A DNA stretch of 64,000 bases, taken from positions 15,133-79,132 of the forward strand of contig MTMD02000006.1 in NCBI GenBank assembly GCA_002010065.2. The letters run 5' to 3'. Origin of the DNA: Candidatus Pyrohabitans jungbluthii. GTDB lineage: Archaea; Hydrothermarchaeota; Hydrothermarchaeia; Hydrothermarchaeales; BMS3B. Below the pieces are notes generated by a model that was not told where the DNA came from, made no database searches, and worked only from the letters and a program-made list of their open reading frames with translations. This document shows, in pieces, positions 39,765 through 48,095 of the stretch. Numbering within the stretch: position 1 is the first letter of the stretch; every line of letters starts with the position of its first letter. The position numbers and the translations under genes were made by a program.

Positions 39765-40235
39765 ATGGTGGAGACTGCAGCTTCACCTGTAAGGGGGTAC
39801 CTCCCTGAAGGTATCCTGAGCGCGAAGGTGGATACCACGCAGACCAAGGACGCCGACGGCTACTACTACAAGGCTGGGGATCTCGTGGAGATCGTTGCCG
39901 ACGAAACCGTGGGCAAGGCAACCACCTCTGGTAAGGCGATAGGCGTGCTCGTTTCGAGCATCCACGAGAGCTCTGCACCCGAAGGGCTTGACTCCAGGCA
40001 CCGCGTTTCCGTGCTCACGAAGTTCAGGGCTATCGTTGAGTTCACCGCGGAGGGTGCGATCAACGCTGGAGACGCCGTTACCACGAGCACAACCAACCCA
40101 GGCAGAGTGAAGGCGCTGCCCCCAGAGACTATCGACGAAGGCGGCACCGCAACGCACACCATAGACTACCGCGACCCCATCGGCATCTGCTGGAAGGGCG
40201 GAGCCGATGGTAGCAAGGTGCTCGTGCTGATATGA
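39765..40235 (+). CDS. Head decoration/cement protein
   Basis: Lies between scaffold and MCP; AGDLV...AIGV...AINAGDAV...IG. Confidence 0.65.
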   Translation: MVETAASPVRGYLPEGILSAKVDTTQTKDADGYYYKAGDLVEIVADETVGKATTSGKAIGVLVSSIHESSAPEGLDSRHRVSVLTKFRAIVEFTAEGAINAGDAVTTSTTNPGRVKALPPETIDEGGTATHTIDYRDPIGICWKGGADGSKVLVLI

Positions 40236-40236
40236 G

Positions 40237-41124
40237 GTGGTGGAGATGACGACCGCAGCTTTCACACAGAAGGATTTAGCATACCAGGACAGCCCCGCCC
40301 TTAAGCCTGAAGTCATAAGGGCGAGGGTCAAGCAGGTCTACGAAAAGACGCTGATAGGCAGGCAGCTTCTGAGTGGACCCGAGCGCATCGAGGGTGATTC
40401 CGTCTCCTGGATAGAAGAGGGTGACATCGTAGGCAACGTGGACTGGATCAGCGAGCTGGGCGGTTTCCCAAAGCTGGACTTCAAGTATGGCAAGAAGGCC
40501 AAGCCTATCCGGCCCTACGGTGCGTATTTCGACGTTACGCTGATGGAGCGCAGATTCTCCCGCGTCCAGACTGTGGGCAGAAAGATCAATCGCAGCGTTT
40601 ACAAGATGCGCCGCTTTGAGGACGATCTGATCTTCAACGCCATGCTCAATGCAACCGGTATAAACACATTCGACGGTACCAACTGGACTGACACCACGGC
40701 AGGGGACCCCATCGCAGACCTCGAGCATGCCAAGACGCTCATCTACGACGCTACGGATGGGGGTGAGGCTACCGACGTCATCATGAGCCCCATAATGTAC
40801 GAGCGCCTCACCAAGTTCGACGTGGTACGCAACAACAACTACCTCCAGGCCCAGGTGGTCAAGACCGGTGTAATCCCTGGCCTCGCAGGGCTCAACATAA
40901 TCAAGGATAAGGCCGTTGATCCCAACGACGACGGCGTGGTGCTCGTGATCCGCAGAAAGGACATAGGCTTTATGGCTGAGAGCATACCCCTGACTACGGT
41001 CAATGTCTCCGGTGAGAACCTCGGCAACCCGATGATAGACAACCGCTACTTCAACTTCGCCATGGCAGAGCCAGTCATCGACAGCCCAGAGTACATCTGC
41101 AAGATCACCGGCTTGAAGGCGTAA
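40237..41124 (+). CDS. Major capsid protein (HK97 fold)
   Basis: Position, ISELGGFP, WTD...DPIADL, DVIMSP. Confidence 0.85.
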   Translation: MVEMTTAAFTQKDLAYQDSPALKPEVIRARVKQVYEKTLIGRQLLSGPERIEGDSVSWIEEGDIVGNVDWISELGGFPKLDFKYGKKAKPIRPYGAYFDVTLMERRFSRVQTVGRKINRSVYKMRRFEDDLIFNAMLNATGINTFDGTNWTDTTAGDPIADLEHAKTLIYDATDGGEATDVIMSPIMYERLTKFDVVRNNNYLQAQVVKTGVIPGLAGLNIIKDKAVDPNDDGVVLVIRRKDIGFMAESIPLTTVNVSGENLGNPMIDNRYFNFAMAEPVIDSPEYICKITGLKA

Positions 41125-41171
41125 GCGCCTCTCTTTCCATTTTCCGGGAAATATGTTTTGAGGTGATGTAG

Positions 41172-41459
41172 ATGCCAAAGAATGAACTGCTTGTGGAAAT
41201 CAGAGCCGCACACTTCGAGAGCAAGCACCTGCGAGGCAAGAGGGGCGACAGGGGCAAGATACCAGCGGACGAGAAGCTTCAGACGCCTGCGGAGCGCGAT
41301 GCATTGAAGAACGGCAACCTCGTCGTTATCGACCTCGAGCCGGTGGAGAGCAAGCCAGCACCTGAGGAGAAGCCCAAGAAAAAGGGAAAGGGCAAGAAGG
41401 CTGAGGAAAGCAAGCCAAAGGGACCAGAGAAAAGCGAACCTGAAGAAAACGCCGAGTAG
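41172..41459 (+). CDS. Small head-associated protein with a K/E/P-rich tail
   Basis: ORF immediately after the MCP, with RBS. Confidence 0.6.
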   Translation: MPKNELLVEIRAAHFESKHLRGKRGDRGKIPADEKLQTPAERDALKNGNLVVIDLEPVESKPAPEEKPKKKGKGKKAEESKPKGPEKSEPEENAE

Positions 41460-41468
41460 GGAGGGGAA

Positions 41469-41789
41469 ATGGAAGAGTCCCTCCTCATGAAGTACCTCGA
41501 CAGCAAGTTCGAGGACCAGCAGAGGCAGATTTCATCCATCTGCAAGAAGCTAGACAAGCTAATCGAAGATAACAGAAATGACCACGTGCAGCTTTACAGC
41601 CGCATTGGGGTGCTCGAGCGCTCTATCACTGAGCTCAGTCAGACAACCACAGCAATCGAAGATCATGAACAGAGGATCCGCGCTCTGGAAACATTCAAGA
41701 ATAGAATAATCGGGGCTCTCGTGGTAATTCCCGCAGGCGTTAGCACAATGGTGGTGAAGCTTAAAGACCTGTTCTCTGGGGGGAACTGA
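41469..41789 (+). CDS. Coiled-coil protein with C-terminal TM helix (XhlA/holin-like)
   Basis: DHEQRIRALE followed by IIGALVVIPAGVSTMVV. Confidence 0.55.
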   Translation: MEESLLMKYLDSKFEDQQRQISSICKKLDKLIEDNRNDHVQLYSRIGVLERSITELSQTTTAIEDHEQRIRALETFKNRIIGALVVIPAGVSTMVVKLKDLFSGGN

Positions 41790-41790
41790 C

Positions 41791-42159
41791 TTGGCAGCCA
41801 CTATCGACGACGTGAGGGCACAGATTGGCGACACCGACCCAGACAACTACATCTTCGGCGACCCTGAGATCCAGAGCGCTCTGGACGAAGCTCAAGCAAT
41901 CATAGAGGCGGAAGGGGGAAATGTTAGCAGTATACTGGGCAAGAGGGCGCAGAAGCTGCTCGCCGCCGCCTTCCTGGTTGACATGAAGACCGGGAACATA
42001 AAAGAGCGCAACGTCAAAACAATCCGCGAGGGCGATGCCTCGCTGGACTTTGAAGACCTCTCTGCGAAGGCTAAGGAGTGGCGCGCCGAAGCTGAGAGGC
42101 TGATTGACAAGCTCAGACCTCTGCCCTTTGGTGTGACCAACGATTTCTTCAGTGAGTGA
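41791..42159 (+). CDS. Head-tail adaptor
   Basis: VRAQIGDTD....F.D.EI pattern and position. Confidence 0.7.
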   Translation: MAATIDDVRAQIGDTDPDNYIFGDPEIQSALDEAQAIIEAEGGNVSSILGKRAQKLLAAAFLVDMKTGNIKERNVKTIREGDASLDFEDLSAKAKEWRAEAERLIDKLRPLPFGVTNDFFSE

Positions 42160-42521
42160 AAATGTTCTCGGCTTTAGACTGGCCCTATAAAATTGAGCTG
42201 GTAAGAATCACAGAGGGCTACACCGACCAGAGCACTGGTGACTATATCCCTCCCCAGGAGAGCGTGGTGGAGATAAAGGGACACATCAGCGATGTTACGG
42301 TCAAAGACCTGCAGCGTGCACCGGAAGGGCTCTATGAGCTGGGCGACAGAAGGCTCTACGTAGCTAAGAGCTACGGCATCGCCGAGGGAGATATAATCAA
42401 AATCACAGAGGCGGACGGCTCAGTGAGCGAGTGGAAAGTTGTGCGCAGGGAGAGAAGCTACGGCTTGCTTGAGAGGTACGCAGCCTCGAGAGAGGCGTTT
42501 CTGCTCAGGCGGAGACAATGA
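42156..42521 (+). CDS. Head closure/stopper protein
   Basis: LQRAPEG, beta-rich, position. Confidence 0.65.
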   Translation: MKMFSALDWPYKIELVRITEGYTDQSTGDYIPPQESVVEIKGHISDVTVKDLQRAPEGLYELGDRRLYVAKSYGIAEGDIIKITEADGSVSEWKVVRRERSYGLLERYAASREAFLLRRRQ

Positions 42522-43027
42522 GCAAAGTAGAAGACAAGAACAACATCCCCAAGCTTGTGGCTGATTTTGAGAAGATCCTCGATCGCGTCGCAGCGAAGAT
42601 TGCGATGTACCTCGAGCAGAAGATCCTTGACAAGATGGAGTCTGGCGACGCCTCCTGGCCGGAGCTGCATCCCTTCACCGTCTCAAGGAAAGGCAGCACA
42701 AAGGCGTGGATCGACACCGGAGAGCTGAGGAATCAGATCACGCACCGCATCACGGGCAAAAGCATGAGCAGGACCATAAAGGTCGGCATCTTCCAGAGCA
42801 AGAAGGCTTTCATAGCGCTAGTCCTCGAGGAAGGGGCAACGATAAGAGTGAGTGAGAGGATGCGGAAGTTCCTCCATGCCCAGGGGCTACACCTCAAGCA
42901 AAGTACGTCAGAACTCCACATCCCACCGAGACCTCTTTTCACGCTGGTTTTCGACATGGAGGAAGAGAAAATTCTTAAAATAGCGCGGCAGGCTCTCGAG
43001 GAAGAGCTGAATCGCTACACCCTCTGA
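42518..43027 (+). CDS. Neck/tail completion protein (Mu gpG/HK97 gp10-like)
   Basis: WPEL...T..RKGS...IDTG.LR..I and IPPRP.F. Confidence 0.8.
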   Translation: MSKVEDKNNIPKLVADFEKILDRVAAKIAMYLEQKILDKMESGDASWPELHPFTVSRKGSTKAWIDTGELRNQITHRITGKSMSRTIKVGIFQSKKAFIALVLEEGATIRVSERMRKFLHAQGLHLKQSTSELHIPPRPLFTLVFDMEEEKILKIARQALEEELNRYTL

Positions 43028-43040
43028 CTTTGCTTTTTAT
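43024..43040 (+). promoter_or_regulatory. Late promoter motif, copy 5
   Basis: CTGACTTTGCTTTTTAT, overlaps the upstream TGA, 40 nt before ATG 43064. Confidence 0.8.
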
Positions 43041-43063
43041 GTTCTGTGCTGTGAGTGCTTATC

Positions 43064-43606
43064 ATGCTCCCTTCGAGTCTAAAGAAAGAGATCTTCAAAA
43101 GCCTGCCCAAGCAGGTAACAATAGGCAACGACACCCTCAGCATATACGTTGACTACGCTGACAGAGTGAACGTCTCAGAGAAGCTTCGCAGCTATCCCGT
43201 GGTGCTCACTTTGCACTACTTCGGTGACAGGAGGAGCGATGTGGAGAGCCCCCTCAATGACATCCTGGAGATAACCAGCGACGGCGTGGATGTGATCTAC
43301 ACCAAGGGGGAGAGGGAGCGGATCACGCTGCGCATCAACATCCACGCAAAGGACCACAGGGGCGCAGAGTTCCACCACAGGAGCGATGTTGTAGACGCAG
43401 TGGTTGACGAGCTGCTTCTGTGGTACCTCAAGCTAAACATCCCCGGTATAGCCACGCGGGGGAGAAGCGAAGTTGCTGCACTTGACTTCCTCGCAGGCGA
43501 CGGAATAGCGAGGCGGAGGATAGACTTCTACCTCGCCTATACGCTGAGCTACCAGGAGACGGTCACCACCATTGAGACCATTAACTACGAGGTCCAGCAG
43601 GGCTGA
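43064..43606 (+). CDS. Tail terminator (putative)
   Basis: Position immediately before the sheath gene. Confidence 0.55.
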   Translation: MLPSSLKKEIFKSLPKQVTIGNDTLSIYVDYADRVNVSEKLRSYPVVLTLHYFGDRRSDVESPLNDILEITSDGVDVIYTKGERERITLRINIHAKDHRGAEFHHRSDVVDAVVDELLLWYLKLNIPGIATRGRSEVAALDFLAGDGIARRRIDFYLAYTLSYQETVTTIETINYEVQQG

Positions 43607-43610
43607 TTTT

Positions 43611-43628
43611 CTGACTTTCCTTTTTAAA
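43611..43628 (+). promoter_or_regulatory. Late promoter motif, copy 6 (sheath)
   Basis: CTGACTTTCCTTTTTAAA. Confidence 0.8.
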
Positions 43629-43677
43629 CCTCTGCATTCAGCTTAAGCTTAAAAGCCGAAACTGGAGGAAGTAAGAG

Positions 43678-44757
43678 ATGCCGACGTCGGATAGCGCAAT
43701 CCAAATCAACGTAGCTGATGCAACTTCGGCTTCTAAGGCCGAAACCTACGGCGAGGTAATTGTGATCGGCGAGGACAGCGACAATCTCGCGGACTTCAAC
43801 ACTGTATACACCTACTATAGCCAGAGCGAGGTTGAGCAGAAGTTCGGCGCTACTTCACCGATATCGCAGGCTACATCGAAGATTTTCGCCCAGGGCGTGG
43901 ACCACGTGAAGGTGGTTAACGCCCTAAAGGACGACGGAGCAGGCGGCTCCGTTGCGGATTATAACACGGTGCTCAACTCCCTGGTGAGCGAGCAAGTTGA
44001 CTACGACATAATAGTCCCGACGATAGACGCCAGCGATGCCAACATGCCAACGCTTGTGAGCCACGCAGGCAGCGAGAAGAAGGTGCTCATCATACCGGAC
44101 ATAGGGGATAAAGCTACCGTGGAAGCCAACATCGGGGCTCTCACGGCAAACGAGTACTGCTTTGCTATTGCTCACGATGATGCAACGCTTGCACCAGGAG
44201 AACTTGCGGGCGCTGCCGCTGGCGTGCTCGGCGTGCTCCGCCCTTGGGTGCCTCCGGAGTGGCATGAGGTGCAGGGCATAAGTGCTGCGAGCTACGCCCC
44301 CAGCGATGTCGATGCCCTCGAGGGCAGCAACATCAACACCGTCATAACTGTGGCGCAGCGCAGCGTGATAAGCGGAGCCAAGAGCCTCACGGGCAGCTTT
44401 ATAGACATCCCGCGCACTAAGATCTACCTCGCCAAGGAGATCAAAAACGCCCTGGTGAACCTGAAGATCCGCCTCGCCAACATGGGGCGCAAGATACCTT
44501 ACTCGCCGGCGGGGCTGGACATGATCAAGGCGACAATCGAGGGGGTCTGCAGAGCTGCTCAGACTCTGGGCGCGCTGAGAGCTGATTACGTGGACGGGAA
44601 AGGCAACCTCGTGAAGGGCTTCCTTGTGAGCGTGCCAAGCTATGACTCAATACCAGACAGCGACAAGAGCAACCGCGTGCTCAACAACGTTTCCGTGACT
44701 GCATACCTGAGCGGCAGCATCAGCAAGATCACGCTTGACCTGGTCATAACGCTATGA
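43678..44757 (+). CDS. Tail sheath protein
   Basis: FIDI.R...YL, KIPYS..G, S.P.....D..NR.L.......LSG.I. Confidence 0.88.
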   Translation: MPTSDSAIQINVADATSASKAETYGEVIVIGEDSDNLADFNTVYTYYSQSEVEQKFGATSPISQATSKIFAQGVDHVKVVNALKDDGAGGSVADYNTVLNSLVSEQVDYDIIVPTIDASDANMPTLVSHAGSEKKVLIIPDIGDKATVEANIGALTANEYCFAIAHDDATLAPGELAGAAAGVLGVLRPWVPPEWHEVQGISAASYAPSDVDALEGSNINTVITVAQRSVISGAKSLTGSFIDIPRTKIYLAKEIKNALVNLKIRLANMGRKIPYSPAGLDMIKATIEGVCRAAQTLGALRADYVDGKGNLVKGFLVSVPSYDSIPDSDKSNRVLNNVSVTAYLSGSISKITLDLVITL

Positions 44758-44758
44758 G

Positions 44759-45172
44759 GTGATTGAAGTGGCGCTTGTGGAGTATAGCGTTAAGGATGTA
44801 ACCGTCTTTATCGACGGCGTTGAAGTGGAAGACATCGCAGAACTCACCATCACGCCCAAAGGAGAGGACAACGTAACGCCAGTGAAGGACTGGAGCAATA
44901 GAACAATAGGCTGGAACGTGAAGGATGACACCGACGCAGAGGGCACCATCGGCTTAAAGGCGCAGAGCAAGACCAACCAGCTGCTCATGGACATCGTCAA
45001 AGCCAAGCGCGGCGTGCAGGTCGTTGTGAAGAGCAACAACAAAGAGGCAACGGGCTTCTCGAAGATGAGCATCGACGACTGCCACTTCTCCTGGCCGGAG
45101 TTCAAGCCCGAGGCAGAGGAGCCCACGTGGAGCTGGAAGTTCATAGGCACAAACTTCGATATCGAGTACTGA
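44759..45172 (+). CDS. Tail tube protein
   Basis: YS.KDV.V.IDG, GTI.L...S.TN..L; follows the sheath. Confidence 0.8.
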   Translation: MIEVALVEYSVKDVTVFIDGVEVEDIAELTITPKGEDNVTPVKDWSNRTIGWNVKDDTDAEGTIGLKAQSKTNQLLMDIVKAKRGVQVVVKSNNKEATGFSKMSIDDCHFSWPEFKPEAEEPTWSWKFIGTNFDIEY

Positions 45173-45182
45173 GGTGGTGTAG

Positions 45183-45494
45183 ATGGCAAAGAAGGGCATT
45201 GATTATTCTAAGATATATGTGGCAGACGATCCTATAACAATCGAAGTGAACGGAGTGGAATTCAAGCTAAAGGAACTGAGTTCCGGAGAGTACTATGATA
45301 TCCTTGAATCCTGCAGCCGTGGAAGTGATTTTGACAGGAAAAAGTACAGCCATAAGCTCGTCCAAGCTGCTGTGATAGAGCCAGATATTAACGCAGCAAA
45401 ATTAAAACCTGGTGTGTTAGCAGTATTGGTCAACGAAGTCGAAAATTCTCTGGGTCTCTCTGAGGAGGCATTGCGTCACATTAAAAAAAAGTAG
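45183..45494 (+). CDS. Tail assembly chaperone (G-like)
   Basis: Follows the tube gene and ends in the slippery A AAA AAG then TAG. Confidence 0.75.
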   Translation: MAKKGIDYSKIYVADDPITIEVNGVEFKLKELSSGEYYDILESCSRGSDFDRKKYSHKLVQAAVIEPDINAAKLKPGVLAVLVNEVENSLGLSEEALRHIKKK

Positions 45495-45673
45495 AATCTA
45501 AGTTTCATCTTTACTTTTTAGCTGAACAATTCGGCGACTTAGAATTGGAAAGGGTCAATAAGCTGCCCATTCACCGTGTTTTAGAGTGGCTTGAATATTT
45601 CAAGCAGAAGCATGAAAAAGTTAAGGCAATTACTATTGATAGCTCAGAGGGACACACGTTCAGGTTTTCTTAG
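45183..45673 (+). CDS. Tail assembly chaperone, G-T-like -1 frameshift product
   Basis: -1 frame open for 60 codons from 45491 (VESKFHLYFLAEQFG...EWLEYF...FS*). Confidence 0.75.
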
Positions 45674-46216
45674 CTATTCATTATTGTAAAATTGTGCTAT
45701 TTTTTGTAAATGATATTCTGAAGGTTGTTTACATTCTGATTTGTCTTTCCAATTTTGAGAAATTTCACGCCTACACACATCTTCCAAAATCAATTGAATT
45801 GCCTCGAATGCTGTCATACCTTCAGACATTATTATACGATCATCTTTCTTTAGGGTCCCATATTCCCCTCCTCTAGGTTCCCACTTGTAGGGTATGGTAG
45901 CCCCATTACCACACACTAAAACCATTGAAATACTTTCAAACATTTTTTCAGGTATATATTTTCTTGATCGAGGCGATCTCCCCACTGGATGGAAGACTAT
46001 TTCGAGTTTCGTATTGGTAAAAAATTTATTGACTATTTTATTTGATTCATAATCAAAAAACTCAAAGTTCTCAAGTACTATCTTTTTCTCGTCGTAAAAA
46101 AAACCTCTAATGGATAAATTCATATAGACTTCTTTCCATCGTGTTTCAATTTCGTTCCTTAATTTTTCAACTATCTTATCAATCTCTTTAATAACAAAAC
46201 TTAAGTGTCTACTCAT
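45674..46216 (-). CDS. AT-rich hypothetical protein (cassette)
   Basis: 180-aa ORF overlapping 46209..46964. Confidence 0.65.
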   Translation of the reverse strand: MSRHLSFVIKEIDKIVEKLRNEIETRWKEVYMNLSIRGFFYDEKKIVLENFEFFDYESNKIVNKFFTNTKLEIVFHPVGRSPRSRKYIPEKMFESISMVLVCGNGATIPYKWEPRGGEYGTLKKDDRIIMSEGMTAFEAIQLILEDVCRREISQNWKDKSECKQPSEYHLQKIAQFYNNE

Positions 46217-46964
46217 TAAACCTCCCCAATTCTACAGAATAGAAATATTCTACTAGTAACCCTGGACTCACATTTCTGTTTCTTCTCCAACTTGTAATAA
46301 TTTTATTCTTAAGTCTATCTGTATTTGTTGAGGTAATCCTGGTTGGGGAGATAGGTAGATACCAACCATTATTTATAGCAGTTTCTATAACTTTAGGAGC
46401 CTCCTCATAAAGCCAATCTATTGTTTTTATTACATAGTTTTTATCTCTTCTATGAATAAAGAACCTATATATCTTCTCCATAGCAAATACCCAATCAAAA
46501 ATTTCGTCATATAATCCAGCAATTATTATCGACTTAAGTGTTGGGATTTTAGGCTTTATTTCTAATTCTGGAAAGAATCTTATAATGGAATCATCAATAT
46601 ATAATAAATGGGCAAATTTTATAACATACTCAAATCCATAAATATGAGCATAATCTTTGAATAAGTTTTCGTAATGCAATTTTGTAATATGGTCATACAT
46701 GTTGTATTTAGATCCCATGGTCTTAACTGTGATCTCAATGTAATCAGAATATTTTATAATAAAAGGTTCCATCTCTTTTAACATTTTGTCTACTTTGTTT
46801 AAAGTCTCTTCTTCGAATATTTCAAGTTCATTGTATTTAAAGAATGGCAGTGCTTTCCATTCTCTAATAAATTCCTCTTTACTGGGTCTGCCAAAAGATG
46901 GTCCAGAAGGGTGATACACACCAATTTTTGGATGATAAACAGAAACAACATTAACGGACGCCAT
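46209..46964 (-). CDS. AT-rich hypothetical protein (cassette)
   Basis: 251-aa ORF with GGAGG RBS. Confidence 0.7.
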   Translation of the reverse strand: MASVNVVSVYHPKIGVYHPSGPSFGRPSKEEFIREWKALPFFKYNELEIFEEETLNKVDKMLKEMEPFIIKYSDYIEITVKTMGSKYNMYDHITKLHYENLFKDYAHIYGFEYVIKFAHLLYIDDSIIRFFPELEIKPKIPTLKSIIIAGLYDEIFDWVFAMEKIYRFFIHRRDKNYVIKTIDWLYEEAPKVIETAINNGWYLPISPTRITSTNTDRLKNKIITSWRRNRNVSPGLLVEYFYSVELGRFNE

Positions 46965-47211
46965 GTATTAGCCTCCAACCTTACATCATTAATTACCTCA
47001 CCTTTTTGCGCCCACCCAACTATATCATATACCTATATCTCTATCATCTATCATAACTTATACCCATATCACCGTATATGTTTATTGTATATTGTATATA
47101 CCTATACTTTCGTATAGTTACACCAACTCTTTGATATATAAAATTTATTGTTCGGTTGTCTGCAAAGCCTTGGCAATCACGTTGATGTTGCAGTCCTGGG
47201 CATCGGGGTTA

Positions 47212-47835
47212 TTACTGATATGCTTTATCCACATCTTCCTCTAGCTCTTTCAGTCTCTTTTTTAATCTCTCATATTCCTCCTTATCAATACTCCTAGCTT
47301 TTTTTAATTCTTGTATTTCTTGATATATCTCATCCAATTTCGCCTCAATATTCGCCAACCTGTCTGTGCGATAACTTGTATAATAAATTGGTAGTTTCTC
47401 ATATTGTAGCTGTAATTTTTCTATTTTGGGTAAGACTTTGCTTAAATTCTGATGGACTTCTGCGAATTGCTGAGCGATTTTCAAAGTTTTTAGAACAGGA
47501 ATTTGAAGCTCTCTATATAGAGATATTGTTTTAGAGATTGACGAAATAGCTGCCATAGTATTCGCCAAACTTTTTTCTAATCTATCAAGCTCAGGGTATT
47601 TTTCATGATATTCACTCAAAATTTGTTTTGCTTTTTCTTTTATTGAAATGTCATCTGATTTTGAGAGTTCCTTTGCTATGAAGTAAGCTTCAATCGGGAG
47701 TGTATCTAAATGTCGCTTTATCAAGTCTAAGCATTCCAAATGTGTATCCTCATCTTTTGCTTTCTCCTTGATTTCTTCCATAATTTTTTGAGCATCTTTT
47801 GAAGAGACCAACTTTTCTGACATATTTTTCACCAC
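47212..47835 (-). CDS. AT-rich helical/coiled-coil protein (cassette)
   Basis: 207-aa ORF. Confidence 0.65.
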   Translation of the reverse strand: MVKNMSEKLVSSKDAQKIMEEIKEKAKDEDTHLECLDLIKRHLDTLPIEAYFIAKELSKSDDISIKEKAKQILSEYHEKYPELDRLEKSLANTMAAISSISKTISLYRELQIPVLKTLKIAQQFAEVHQNLSKVLPKIEKLQLQYEKLPIYYTSYRTDRLANIEAKLDEIYQEIQELKKARSIDKEEYERLKKRLKELEEDVDKAYQ

Positions 47836-48056
47836 ACTTTAAGTATAAGAGCCACAGTTAGAATGATTATAAAAACTACACTTCCCGCAATCCCTGAACT
47901 TTTGCTAATTTTAAATAAACCCGCAAAATATACTCCAATTAATCCGTATGCCACCGCCCACAGTATTAGAGTATTTGATGTAAGTGCATCCACTATTGTG
48001 ATTATTACCAACCATAGCAGAATAAAACCAACTGTGTATCCAGTAGCTACCCCCAT
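47829..48056 (-). CDS. Three-TM membrane protein (cassette)
   Basis: 75 aa, almost entirely hydrophobic. Confidence 0.55.
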   Translation of the reverse strand: MGVATGYTVGFILLWLVIITIVDALTSNTLILWAVAYGLIGVYFAGLFKISKSSGIAGSVVFIIILTVALILKVW

Positions 48057-48072
48057 GACTTTATTTTATAAA
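48055..48072 (+). promoter_or_regulatory. Late promoter motif, copy 7 (tape measure; degenerate first base)
   Basis: ATGACTTTATTTTATAAA, 41 nt before ATG 48096. Confidence 0.65.
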
Positions 48073-48095
48073 TAGGGCCTATAAAAAAGTTTTCT

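Noticed and set aside
40276-41178. Long antisense ORFs in the provirus (e.g. 300 aa opposite the MCP, also 21097..21711)
   Set aside because: Mirror frames caused by codon bias, with no RBS or motifs
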